DNA of 64,000 bases, taken from Octopus sinensis (taxonomy: Eukaryota). The stretch spans positions 15,748,001 to 15,812,000 of the forward strand of contig NC_043002.1 of NCBI RefSeq assembly GCF_006345805.1, given 5' to 3'. The notes beneath the pieces were generated by a model. The model saw nothing but the letters and a program-made list of their open reading frames with translations. It searched no databases and was not told where the DNA came from. The position numbers were made by a program, and so were the translations under genes. Positions 27,190-39,908 of this stretch are shown here, piece by piece (position 1 is the stretch's first letter; every line of letters starts with the position of its first letter).

Positions 27190-27403
27190 CCTTCCACTAT
27201 AGGCACAATGTCTGGAATTGTGATGGAGGGGAAGTAGTCGATTACATCGACCTCGGTGTTTTACTGATACTTAATTTATCGACCCCAAATGGATGAAAGG
27301 CAAAGTCGACCTCGGCGGATTTTGAACAAAGAATGTAAGGATAGACGAAATATAGCTAAGCATTTCGCCAGGCGTTGTTAAGTTTCTGCCGGCTCAACGC
27401 CTT
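27190..27403 (-). mobile_element. SINE family B, older tail variant
   Basis: ggatgaaaggcaaagtcgacctcggcgga core, with an aggcacaa...gggg tail instead of the Tx1-like tail. Confidence 0.75.
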
Positions 27404-27663
27404 AGACGAACAAATGGGCGATTACTCCACAGACACGTGTCACCTTAAAGCAGTTTTCAGAGAGATTCAACGTGACACAAAGAGTGACAAGTCTGGCCCT
27501 TTGAAATACAGGTACAATTCATTTTTGCAAGCTAGAGTGGATTGAAGCAATGTGTAACAAAGTGTCTTGCTGAAGGACACATTGCGTCGCCGGGAATTGA
27601 ACTCACGACCTTACGATCGAGAGCTACTAAACATAATATCGAATTATTTTACCATTTGTGGGA

Positions 27664-27894
27664 TTAACCCTTTTGTTACCAACCCGGCTGAAACCGGCTC
27701 TGACTCTGAGTACAAATGTCTTGTTTTCATAAGTTTTGAATTAAAATCTTCCACCAAACCTTAGTCACAATTTATGTTCCTAAAACTAGCTGAATGATAG
27801 CCAAGTTATTTTACTATTTTTTTCTTTTATTATTTTTAAAGTAATTGAAAGAACCAGAGAGCATCTCAAAATAAATGCAGTAATGAAAGTTTAA
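27664..27894. mobile_element. piggyBac-like MITE remnant
   Basis: Starts TTAA-ccctttt gttac and ends gtaatgaaagt-TTAA (degenerate TIR with TTAA target). Confidence 0.55.
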
Positions 27895-28435
27895 ATATCT
27901 GAAAATTTCGCTTTTATATCGAAGCTCCGCTACTAAAACAGTAAGCTTCTGTTGTACAGATTTCTATTTTTATTAGATGGTTTATCCTAATATTGCCAGA
28001 ACCTGTTCTTAACAAGCTTAATCCTGGACCTACGTCTCTTTTCACCTTTCAGCAGCCGTCTTTAGAAATACATTTTGTATTGTACATTCTAAAGCCGAAA
28101 AAGTCAACATAGTAACAGGCGAGGTTGGCTCTCTACAAATTTGGCTGTCAGTGTTCTTTCTATGGTTTTGCTTCCATAAACAAGTCATCTAGTTACAAAA
28201 TACATGAAATAGAAGAGGATGAATTCACGATCGCCAGATCCCAGGTTCGATTCCCGGATCGAGTAGTACACTGTGTCCTTGAGCAAAACACCTCATATTA
28301 CGTTGCTCTGTGATCTCTACAACATCTGGCTTGTGGTACATCGCTCACCTACACAGGTAATGTTTTGATGGAGAGATTGATGTAATGTGCACGTCGACGC
28401 ATTTTTTTATGAACGGTAATTTCAGTATCCAACTG

Positions 28436-28878
28436 GGATCTTTTCGTTTTGACAGGCAGTTTTTTTTAAATAATTTCCACGTAACTAAACACTTTTAAAC
28501 TTCGTATACTGCTAGAATGTGTTTATAATACATCTTTTTCTCTTGGCTTTATTGAGAAAATTCTATAGTTTGTAAGATATTTGTTGTTTTTTCTTCAATT
28601 TCTTCAATTTCAATCAATCAGCGACGTCTATTAAGGTGAAAACATTCTGTGCCGTATGAATATGTCCCTCGTTTAAGAAACAGATTGGGTTTATTTACAT
28701 GTGTGAAGAAAAAAATATACCCTTCTCCCACCCCTAACCCTAACCCTAACTAATCATAACTCTAACCTTAACCCTAAAACAGATTGAAATGCAATAGATC
28801 GATACCAGGGTCATAATTATGGGTGACAATTTCATATGACACCGCGAGAAAAAACTGCCGTTCAAATCGAAAAGATCC
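28436..28878. mobile_element. MITE with GGATC...GATCC TIRs, 8-bp TSD and internal (CCCTAA)n
   Basis: TIRs ggatcttttcgttttgacaggcagttttt / aaaaaactgccgttcaaatcgaaaagatcc; TSD tccaactg at 28428-28435 and 28879-28886. Confidence 0.9.
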
Positions 28879-29749
28879 TCCAACTGAATATTTCCTTCAT
28901 TGTAAGGATTTTACTGACTCAGATCGAGAAATCCTTTTGCAAAAAGTAACATCTGAGTACAAAGGTGGTTGGCGGTGGATATGGTTGTTGTTTTATCGTT
29001 CGTTCTTTACTTTTCTCCTTAACTATCTCTTTAAGATTACACAAAAGTAGCTACCACCATTAATAGAATAAAAACTTATGTAGCGGTCGTATCTTCAGTT
29101 ATCGAAAGTTTTTGTCTCACTAATAGCAATTTACAGGATTGACGTAAGCTGGTGTCTGAAACCATCGAGAGGACATTCTCGTTGATGCTTCTCGGTTGTT
29201 TATTCAATAAAAGGAATTTCTAATCACATGTCTTAACTGACCGATGTATCCATATTATCTCTTATTATAAAAGGCAGATTTTATCTGCCTCCCTTTGTAT
29301 CTTATAGAAATCTACAATATAGGATTTCTTCAATTACAATTTGCCTAGCATTTTTAAGAGTAGAATGCATCGGGTCGTGACAGGTCCACTTTTTAAAATT
29401 TCAACCCCAATTAAGCAAAATTTAGAGAAAACTCACATTGTGGTGTATGAGTCAAATGCTTCTCTTAGTGTGGGATACAGCACACGCAAACGCACACACA
29501 CAGTGTGCAACGAATAAAGTGAAACTAATTCACTTTCTGTAGTGAGTGACTATTTCACTCTACATTCCCACTTCCACTTTACACACATAGACACGCAAAT
29601 ATATAAATAAAATTGTAAGCTAACGTGTGTGTGTGCGTGTGTGTGAGTGTGTGCGTGTGTGTGCGTGTGTGTGCGTGTGTGTGTGTGTTAGGATGCGTGT
29701 GTGTGTGTGTGTGTGCGTGTGCGTGAGTGTGTGACCGGAAAGGTTTTTA

Positions 29750-30588
29750 CGACGAATATAAGATCTAAAGTTATCTCTAAGAAAAAGAAAGATCGCCCAA
29801 AAGTGTATATAGATATTTAAATGTATTTATATATTCATATATGCACACATGGATGTATAACGTGTGTGTATATATTTCCATAGAGGTAACCATTCACTCC
29901 ATACAAAGTTTTTTAGGACGAAAATAAGATCTAAAGTTATCTCTAAGAAAAAGAAAGATCGCCCAAAAGTGTATATAGATATTTAAATGTATTTATATAT
30001 TCATCTATACACACATGTATGTATAATGTGCGTGTATATATTTCCATAGAGGTAACCATTCACTCCATACAAAGTTTTTTAGGACGAAAATAGATCTAAA
30101 GTTATCTCTAGAAAAAGAAAGATCGCCCAAAAGTGTATATAGATATTTAAATGTATTTATATATTCATCTATACACACATGTATGTATAATGTGCGTGTA
30201 TATATTTCCATAGAGGTAACCATTCACTCCATACAAAGTTTTTTAGGACGAAAATAAGATCTAAAGTTATCTCTAAGAAAAAGAAAGATCGCCCAAAAGT
30301 GTATATAGATATTTAAATGTATTTATATATTCATCTATACACACATGTATGTATAATGTGTGTGTATATATTTCCATAGATGTAACCTTTCACTCCATAC
30401 AAAGTTTTTTAGGACGAATATAAGATCTAAAGTTATCTCTAAGAAAAATTAAGATCGCCCAAAAGTGTATATAGATATTTAAATGTATTTATATATTCAT
30501 CTATACACACATGTATGTATAATGTGCGTGTATATATTTCCATAGAGGTAACCATTCAATCCATACAAAGTTTTTTAGGACGAAAATA
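29750..30588. repeat. ~166-bp tandem repeat, 5 copies, inside Helitron
   Basis: gacgaa(a/t)ataagatctaaagttatctc recurs at ~29750, 29917, 30083, 30247 and 30413, with a partial start at 30579. Confidence 0.92.
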
Positions 30589-30819
30589 TTTATATATAAA
30601 GAAAAGTTGTGTGTCTGTCTACTCCGATTTAGATTCCTAACAACTCCCACATTTTGCAATGCAGTTTCACCAAAACCGGGTATCTTATAGTCGTGATTCA
30701 TATCGAGGCCTTCTGTGTATTAGCGCGCGTCTACGATGAGTCTATGATTTTACAAATAATTTACCATCATTTTTTTTCATTTTAATGCATATTTTTTAAA
30801 TAAAGGGAAGTAACTCTCA

Positions 30820-31354
30820 AACTTCACACCAATATGCGTGCTCATATGCGACGTAATATCACATCAGCAGCATTTCCTCACACCCTCCTTGCACTTGGCG
30901 AAGGCAAAATACCAGGGGATGAAAATGGTAATATTGCCATCGATTCCATTTGTACCATTGTTAAGACGCCTTCTGATCTCAGGATGCAGTGTTCCCAGAT
31001 CTACAAGCTAATTATCAGAATATGGATTGGATTGGCAAAAAGGCTATACTGGCCCCGAGGAATAAAACTGTTCACCATATTAATGATGAAATGCTAAAAC
31101 TCATTCCTGGGGAAGTCTATGTATATCAGTCTATCGATACAACTCCTGACCCAGAGGACGTCATCAACTATCCAATAGAGGTACTCAATCCCTTTGAGCA
31201 CCCCGGACTACCACCACACTTTCTCAAACTTAAAGTTGGTGCCCCTATAATGCTCATCAGAAATTTGGTTCCCCCAAAACAATGCAATGGCACACGTTTG
31301 ATCGTTAAGTCCTTATCTCCCACCGTAAACTTATATCAATATTTGCCTGAATAA
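30820..31354 (+). pseudogene. Helitron PIF1-family helicase C-terminal fragment
   Basis: AILAPRN..V..IN, YPIEVLN...PGLPPHFLKLKVGAPIMLIRNL, CNGTRL motifs; upstream frameshifted NMRAH...LLALGEG. Confidence 0.92.
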
Positions 31355-31626
31355 TCATCATAATTCAGTGCAATCATTAACAGTACTTTCAAGCAATTCA
31401 GCCCCGAGCAACGCCGGGAAATTCTGCTAGTACAACAATAAATTCTATGCGTCAGTGTCTCACATTTGAATGCCAACATTGTTGGTTAAGTATTACGGGC
31501 ATTTATTGGTTCACATGATATGAATATAATGCAAAACCCGCTCCGATGAAGTATACATGGGTAACCATCGTACAGTAATGTAGCTGAGCTAACAGCTTGA
31601 TAAAACATTATCTCATTATCTAATAC

Positions 31627-31886
31627 AGCATATGGACTAGTGGTTAAGAGCGTGAGGCTATTAACCCCAAGATTCCGAGCTCGATTCCAGGCAGAGACCT
31701 GAAAAATAATAATAATGATGATGATGATGATGAATAATGACAACAACAACATCGGAAAATACCTTAGGAATGAGAACCCAGATTCGAAATTTCCCCCAGA
31801 CACTTAATAAAGGCTGGAGGGTATATAAGTGTTAACAAACATGTTGAGGACAAATATCTGTCAAATGTAAATAATGTAAATAATGA
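31627..31886 (+). mobile_element. tRNA-headed SINE, family D (hammerhead-tailed), degenerate
   Basis: A box ..tagtggttaag and B box gagctcgattcc, then (AAT/GAT)n and aaaataccttaggaatgagaaccc..aaggctggagggtatat. Homologous to 55214-55742. Confidence 0.8.
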
Positions 31887-32765
31887 AAACATTATCTATC
31901 TATATTAGTGTTGAATAAATCAAAGAAATGTTTATTCCTCTATACTTACATATGTTCACCAGATGCCAATGAAGGATCGGAATATTTACTTCAAACTTTA
32001 TTCTTCTATATTTTACTTTTAAGTTTTCCCTCGCTTTCGACCAAGTCGTCACTTTCTTTAATCTTTTCATTTGTCCTTTTTTTTTTCTTTTCCGCATTCC
32101 ACTTTTACCTTTAATTCTTCGCTACAATACCTGCTCTCCTTTCATTTCAAAATTCTGTCTAGTCTGCTTCCTTTTTATAAATATTCATTAGCTGGCTACG
32201 TCAATATTGACGCCTAATTGTAGTATTTTATATATAAATAAGGTACAAAATAAGGTACATAATAATCACAAATAAAAACATTCACATACTTCTCTTGTTC
32301 ACGCACACACATACACACATATACCCACACACACTGGAAACGCTATTTTTTTCACTCCTTCCTTCCTTATATATCTATCACCCCTTCTTTTCTCTTATTG
32401 CTATTACTTCCTCTCACTCCCTCTCAGTCAGGCCTATTGCTCTCACTACTTCTCCTACACTAAATTACTATTTTCTCCCCTCCTACTCTCATTATTATAT
32501 TCGGTGAGTTTTTATATATATTTGACTTCCATCATTTTTTTCTTTGCATTCACATTCTCTATGAAGAATACTTTTTGCCTACACACCGCATATTTTATTG
32601 CTGGATGGCAACTCCATGTTCTTTATATTGTTCTTTCACATTCAGTGTAGAGTGACTAAGATGAAGCTTTCTTGTGTAAATAAGCTAATTTTATGAGTGT
32701 ACAGTCAAATATATATATTTACATTATTTACATTTGATGCATATTTGTCGTAATCTTGTTTGTTG

Positions 32766-33045
32766 GAAACACAACATTTCAGCGGATATACCCTCCAACC
32801 TTCATCATTATTATTATTCAGATCACTGCCCGGAATCGAACTCGGAATCTTAACCACTACACCATATGCCCATGCGCAATTATAGAATTAATTTTAATTA
32901 ATCTTAGGGCTTATAAATCTAAGATTAAGGAAGGATTGGAAATTATTAGATGTATAACCCCTAAAATTCACTCCATAATTTGCCCACGGGAATATGGCGT
33001 AGTGTTTAAGAGCGCGGGGCGCGGGCTACTAACGACAAGATTCTA
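32766..33045. mobile_element. Divergent inverted pair of family D fragments
   Basis: Minus copy 32766-32875 (ttaaccactacaccatatgccc), ~105-bp spacer, then plus copy head gcccacgggaatatggcgtagtg from ~32982. Confidence 0.7.
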
Positions 33046-33110
33046 TCCAGGTTCAGTCCCACTGCATGGCATCTTGGGCAACCAGAGACGGAACCTGAAA
33101 GAAGCCCATC

Positions 33111-33149
<39 letters not shown>

Positions 33150-33827
33150 CATATAGAAGGGAAATGGAAATTAATAGAAATGTTAACTTCCAGTTACCTA
33201 GCGTGTAAAAATTTAGTCCAAAGACAATGTATTACTCATAAAATGCAGTGTACATTTAAACACATAAGAAGAATCCACTCATGGGATTCCTCACGTTAGA
33301 AAGAACAGCTAGGTTCCAAAACCACAAAATTAGGGATAAAATCCCGAAAGGAACGATATGAAAAAATAAAAAAAAATTACCGCCTAGTTTCCTCGACCAA
33401 TTGGTTTTTGATTTTAGTTTAGCAAATGAAATAATTTGTTAGGTGAAATCGTCATAACCAGGTACACCTCACATTAAATATATAAACTCGAGGCAATCAA
33501 TTATGTGCCTCTTGTTTATACATCCTAATGTTTTCAAAACAACTGCGCAAGCGCAGATCCTCGTCGGCAATGAAAAAAAAAGCTGATGGTAAAATGGTAA
33601 AATGGTAGAATACCGAAGTTCTGTAAATGTTTTATAATTTTCGTGCATAATATTTCTGTAATTAAATATTTTAAATATATTGGTTAAATTATGTTTTGCA
33701 ATATTTAAATAAGTTTATTGCAAGGAACATGGGCATTATAATAGTTACCAATATGTGCCTAATGAATAAATTTCAACACCGTACAGATCGGGCCGAAGAC
33801 TGGGAGGTCCGCTAGAATACATAATAT

Positions 33828-33890
<63 letters not shown>

Positions 33891-33927
33891 ATGTGCGCGT
33901 GTGTGAGCCTGGGTGTGTATTCATGCA

Positions 33928-33962
<35 letters not shown>

Positions 33963-35599
33963 CTGTGAGTGTAAGTGTGTCTAAGCGCGTGTACGAGTGT
34001 GTTATTTCGTTGTATATCGGCAAAAAGTGCAATCGTCGGTGAGTGAAACAAATAGAAACGACAGTTTCGATTATTAATACACTATGTTATCATTTGTCCC
34101 ACCTCATGATACGCAGCGAATCCATTTTAATATCTCGCCTCAAAAACGCAGTGAGTTTGTAGTGCAGTCATTCGATTAAGATGAACGACAAGACACGTAT
34201 ACGCTAAATGCGAAAAAAGATCTCTATCTGTAGTAAAAGACCGAAAATGTTCATTATATCCTGGGTTCACAGATGCACGTAAGCAGGAGGGATATTTCTC
34301 TGAAGATTAAGTTTGGGCACTGGTTAGTGTTTAAACGGAGCGCAAAAGCTACGACAATATATGAGAAAATTAATATATCGCCATCTTAAATGAAGAAATA
34401 TTTATACTAGAACTCGACTCACATAAAACTTGACAGGTTTTATTTTTGGTTTATTTGCGTATCTTTCTCAATATCATAATGTCCGATATAAATGTTGGTG
34501 GTTTCGTTGGTTCCTTTGTGGGTTGGTTGGTTGGTTGGTTGGCTGGTCGTTCGCTTTAATCAATCTTTCTTTACATCATAACTGGAAGGTGAGTAAAGTA
34601 GCAAAATAATAAAACAGATGTAGACAGAGTTAAAATAAGAGGTACAGAGTATCGGGTAGCACTCTAGAAAATGTATAAGGGGTGTGCTTATGTGTGAGCG
34701 TTTGATACTGTCTGCATGCGTGTGTGTGTGTGTGCGTGCGCGCACGCGTGTGTGTGTATTTGCTTATTTGTGTGTGTATGTGTGCGTTCGTGCGTGCGTG
34801 TATGTGTGTGTGTCAATTTGGCTAGATCTATGCAAATGAATCCGCGAGGTAATGAAATCCATTTCGTAATTGTTAGATCACAGATCCAAAAAACACCGTG
34901 TGATATCTTATATATGTACCTTTTCCTGTAGCCTCTTTATAGTCCTTCATCTTTTGTGTTTAATTACGCATGTAGAAATGGAAGGAGGCCAACCGGATGA
35001 ATTGTACGTGTAATCCAACGGACCAGCTTTGTCTCATATTGCGTCACATTGATTCTGTCTGAAGACATAGGTATCTTGAATACTCAACAAATTATAATTT
35101 GATGTGTTGGGTAAAGAATTGTTTGATCGAATAAATATAATACATATCGTGAAAACGATGGATGTTCTTTGAAATACGTGTGTTAGTCAATGATTCGACG
35201 AGGAAGTCTGTGTTGACAAGTCTCAAGATGCATCTTTAAATATGAAACAACGTAACTATAAAAGATCAAAATTTTAACTTTCAAACAATTTAAATTCAGG
35301 ATTCTCTCTCTCTTACGCGTATCCTTCTCTCTCTCTCATCTTCTCCATCTTATTCCCATACTCTCTCCCTCTACATCTCACTCCATCCATTTCTCTCTCC
35401 TCCCTTACGTGGCAAAATTTACCGTTAACTCCAATAAACGTTCCTCTTATAGCAGGTGTAATTTTAATTTGACTAGTTAACTAATTACGTAAAAGAAAAC
35501 AGCCCGTATTTCAAAACGTTTTAGAGCAGAAGAGACATCTGGAATAACTTCTAGTTTGTAAATATCTCTTATTGCTCGTAGCTTAGTGACAAGATGAGA

Positions 35600-36000
35600 A
35601 ACCATTCTTACACATAGTATAGTTTTGTGATTTAATCCAACATTTAAAATTACCGTATAAACTAACACAGGCAGGGAATTCTTGAAACTAGTTTCTAAGC
35701 ACTTACAAGCAAACCATAGGTTACATAATAGGAGAGCGCTGAATGTTAGCTATTCTTGTTGCAAGAACTTTGCCTCTAATTAACCAGCACAACGAGAAAA
35801 TGATTAGAAATAATAATGGTGCCGGAAATAAACAGAAGAATTGTAATTGTAAAGGCCAAAGTTGCTGTTCGTTTGAAGGAAATTGATATGAGAAAGGAAT
35901 AATATATAGGGCTAATGTGCAAATAGATGACTCGCAAAAATACAAGACATACACAAGCGCCACGGAAAATTCTTTCAAGACAAGGCTACATTCCCATCGA
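35600..36000 (+). pseudogene. Penelope-like element (Naiad-type) linker and GIY-YIG endonuclease fragment
   Basis: Manual translation: IVL*FNPTF..TNTGREFLKLVSKH..NVSYSC, then after a frameshift KNCNCKGQSCCSFEGN*YEKGIIYRANV..YTSATENSFKTRLHSH. Confidence 0.8.
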
Positions 36001-36494
36001 ATATGTGTGTGCGTGTGTGTATAATTCTGTATGTATTCATACAGTAGCACAGAAAGCGTTAGTGTAGAGAACGGGCCGAGATTCTCATACTAAAAAATTA
36101 GCCAATTCGAAATATACTTGTTCAATTTTTGGAAAAACTATCCGCATAAATAACTACAGTAACATCGCATACGTATACGTTGATTTTCTTTTAAATTCTA
36201 GGTTGATGTGATTTTCAAGCATTCAAGATTTATTTAACTGTTTATACACATTAGTTAAAATATTGTTCTTAATAACTCTGCTATTTCTGTACATTTTCGG
36301 TCTCCGTTGTATCTCGTATATAAATCAGAAAACCCACTAAAGATTCTATGAATTCCCACAACAGAAAATATCAGGTCGCAATGGACTTATACATACACCA
36401 ACACATATGTCTATGTGTGTGTATGTATCTATGTGTGTGTGTGAGCGCGCGCACACGCCTATCTATTCAAGTTACTATTTATTCAAGCTTACTT

Positions 36495-36678
36495 ATGTGT
36501 CGTAACTAGCTTGCTTACCAACCACCTGGTTCCGGGTTCAGTCCCTCTGTGTGTAACCTTGGGCAAGTGTCTTCTACTATAGCCTCGGGCCGACCAAAGC
36601 CCTGTGATTGGATTTGGTAGACGGAAACTGAAAGAAGCTCGTCGTATATATGTATATATATATGTAGATATATATATA

Positions 36679-36741
<63 letters not shown>

Positions 36742-36946
36742 TGTGTGCATGTCTGTGTTTGTCTCCGCAACATCGCTTGACAGCCGATGCTGGTGTGTTT
36801 ACGTCCCCGTAACTTAGCGGTTCGGCAAAAGAGACCGATAGAATAAGTACTAGACTTACAAAGAATAAGTCCTGGGGTCGGTTTTCTCGACTACAGGCGG
36901 TGCTCCAGCATGGCCGCAGCCAAATGACTGAAACACGTAAAAGAGT
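36495..36946 (+). mobile_element. SINE family A (5' end eroded)
   Basis: tagcttgcttaccaaccac..ggttccgggttcagtccc through gactgaaacacgtaaaagag. Confidence 0.9.
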
Positions 36947-37658
36947 ATGTAAGTATGTATGTAGGCATGGCTGGCTGGATATATATTTACTCGAGTGTGC
37001 CAGAAAAAGGAAATACCCGAAAATAAGATACGTTTATTTTGCTTTATTGCTTCACCTAATTCCACCGTCTTCGTTTTAGCTACACACACACGCACACACT
37101 TACACACACACACCTATATATATATATATATATATATATGAATGATCGTGTGTCTGCATGTGTGATTGTAATTTGTATAAATGCTTTTATAAGTGTTAAG
37201 CAATTAAGCAATCGAATACAAAATATGAAGATAATTTCCAGCTGAGTGTAGCATTTGAAAAGCTGAGGTGTAAAATTCTGTCATTGCTTTAGCTATATTT
37301 TAGGAGAATGATTGAAGACTTCAGTCATGAGACTTCGTGATATGCCTTTGTTTCGAGGAGCATGCTGTGAGATTTGGCATGGCATGACAGCATATTTTAT
37401 TGAAGTAGAACTGCGGCTTAAGCTAAGAACACATAATCAAATACATCATGCATGCACAAGTAAAAGCATGTATCTATGTATGTTTGTATGTATATATATG
37501 TGTGTGTGTGTGTGTGTGTGATATACGCACAAATACACACGCACAAGCACACGCACACAAATGTTCACACACATGTGTAGGTGTGCACTTGTACTTAGAT
37601 ATACAGATATGTATACACACAAACACGCGCGCGCGCGCAACGAAAACAGCAGCAGCAG

Positions 37659-37870
37659 CGGAGGCCCATTAGCCCAGTGGTTAGGGCAGTGGACTCGCGG
37701 TCGTAAGAACGTGGTTTCTATTCCCGATACGGCATTGTGAGTTTTTATTGAGCAAAAACACCTAAGCTACACGAGGCTCCGGTGGGGGTGGTGGTGAACC
37801 CCGCTGTAGTCTTTCAACACATGTTTCTCTCGCTCTTTCTTCCTACTTCTGCCACAAAGCAGGGGAACCA
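37659..37870 (+). mobile_element. tRNA-derived SINE, family C
   Basis: ggaggcccattagcccagtggttagggcagtggactcgcggtc head, then ttattgagcaaaaacacctaa..cacgaggctccgg; related copies at 40781 and 49979. Confidence 0.8.
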
Positions 37871-38128
37871 TTGTGTAACCCATTATGGTGAGGTAAAACT
37901 TTCGGACCCTAGTTTAAATTACGAATCCTCTACCAACCCCAGGATGGTTCAGCTCTCCGCCCGTTAAAACCTACCGTTTACGGAATGCGTATAACAACGT
38001 GGCTTTCGAGCCCGTGCAATCGCCAGTCAATCGCGTGTGGTGGGTGGTTGCCACACGCATTCTTAGTAGCTTAGAGTAGGCTCGAATTAGAGATTATTCT
38101 TTGTGGCTAATGGCGTGAGTCCTGAGTG

Positions 38129-38194
38129 GAAGAAGAAGAAGAAGAAGAAGAAGAAGAAGAAGAAGAAGAAGAAGAAGAAGAGAAGAAGAAGAAG
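38129..38194. repeat. (GAA)n microsatellite
   Basis: Direct observation. Confidence 0.95.
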
Positions 38195-39174
38195 ACAGCA
38201 ACGCAGTTGTATATATGTAAGCCAAAATGTGCTTAAAGAATAACTCGGATTGTCCAGTAGCATATATTTGAAGAAGATCGTGAAACACTTTCTATATTAA
38301 ATACAACATAAATTCCTGATTTCAGAAATTATATCTGTTTTTGCATAGTGTAACACAATTGTCAAATGGCAATTAAGCGGTAAATAAACTCATAAGTTGT
38401 GAATTCCGCAGACTTGATGCGTTGTTAAGTGAAAGGAGGGATTTATTGTTTATTGTAAGGAGACAAGAGAATAGACGCTAACAAATGTTTCTGGCGCAAG
38501 AGCCTTCATCAGCTCTACAATATTTTGAATCAATCACCGTTAGCCATAGATGTTAGGCGAATGCAAAATGGATCAAGACACAGCTATGTCCTAATTAATT
38601 TTCGTAATCTCTAAGCAAAAGTGAGCTAAATGAAATGACACTCGCGTGTGTTAACTCTGAAGATTTCTTGAATCTTCAGATTATGTCCCTTGCTCAATTG
38701 AAAATGGTCATAATTGGCACTTGGTAATTATTAGTTGGACATATTTTTCTTAAATCAGGAATATTTGTTGTATGGCATTTAAAAGACCTGTATTTGTTGT
38801 TTAAATACCTGCTACTTGCTACGCTTACTTATTTCTCTCAGCTCATTGTGTTCTAAATTCCTGTATTACTAAATTTCGTTAAGACTGAGAGAAATAATGT
38901 TGGGAAGATGAGAATCCGAGAAAGATGTTTGTAAATATTATTGAGAACTTTTGAGGTATCTAACCATATGCCTATCTTTTTTATGCCCTAGGTTTATAAT
39001 TACATCTTCATCATTAGGGACTTCAAAATATTTGTTTCTACCAAGAGCCAGCAGTAATTATAAAGAATACGTAGTACTGGCAATTTGTTTTCCTTGTTAA
39101 AAGTTATTATAAATGCATATAACCAAATGTAAACGGGAAATTACCGAGGTATCTTAGTCATCATTAGACACCAC

Positions 39175-39460
39175 GGATCTTTTCGCTTTGAACGGCAGAT
39201 ATTTCATATAATTACTTTGTAACTAAACACTTTTAAGCTTCGTATACTGGTAGAATGTGTTTATAAAATATCTTTTTCTCTTAGCTTACTTGAGAAAATT
39301 CTGTAGGTTGTAAGATATTTCTTATTTATTTTCTAGCATTTCGGCAATTTCAACAATTCAATGACGTCTATTGAGTTGAAACGATTTCTGCCGTAGTGTG
39401 TCAACAACATTTTCTGGCGGTGTCATATGAAAATGTCCCTGTTATTTATGACATATTTTA
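39175..39460 (+). mobile_element. Partial copy of the GGATC-TIR MITE family
   Basis: ggatcttttcgctttgaacggcag...taactaaacacttttaa..cgtatactggtagaatgtg matches 28436 and 43114; no right TIR seen. Confidence 0.75.
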
Positions 39461-39796
39461 TATCAGTTACGTTTGTATGAATAAAGATTATCGTTGTTAA
39501 ACTTTTATTAATAAATACATATTCTCAGTTCACACCATATGAAGACACAACTTCTAGGCTAACACAAGAGAGAATGCTGTTAGCCTGCCAGTTGGTTATC
39601 ATGTAGCTTACAGAAGCGATGAATTCCTACATACATCCCTAAACTAACACAGCAAATCTATCCAATCAATATACAGTTCAACATAGAAACAGAGTGGTCA
39701 TACTCTAAGTTCTGTTCGTGTATTTTCGCACTATTCTTTATGTTTGCAACTCTGTAATAATGCCAAGAGCTGAAGACAAGCTAGCACTAACGCCCG

Positions 39797-39908
39797 CTAT
39801 CACTAGATTGCACTATCACTAGATTGCGCTATCATTAGATTGCACTATCACTAGATTGCGCTGTCACTAGATTGCGCTATCACTAGATTGCGCTATCACT
39901 ATATTGCA
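39797..39908. repeat. 16-bp tandem repeat, ~7 copies
   Basis: Unit ctatcactagattgc(a/g). Confidence 0.9.

Larger units (their letters stand above)
29249..31430 (+). mobile_element. Composite Helitron with tandem array and PIF1-like helicase fragment
   Basis: 5' TC..attataaaagg (start approximate); 3' hairpin ccccgagcaacgccggg + CTAG|T at 31430. A second Helitron 5' end lies at ~30590. Confidence 0.85.

Noticed and set aside
28731-28777. Telomere or chromosome fusion site
   Set aside because: Only a few hexamers, and they are internal to a TIR/TSD-bounded MITE with a second copy at 43114.
37659-37735. tRNA genes at tRNA-like heads (also 31627, 40781, 52059, 55400-55477)
   Set aside because: Acceptor and T stems do not pair properly and each head continues into a repeated SINE body.
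38476-38518. Hammerhead-like CTGATGA-aggc-tcttgc-gcc-aGAAA on the minus strand
   Set aside because: Extra base before GAAA and no convincing stem I; it may be a decayed copy but cannot be supported.
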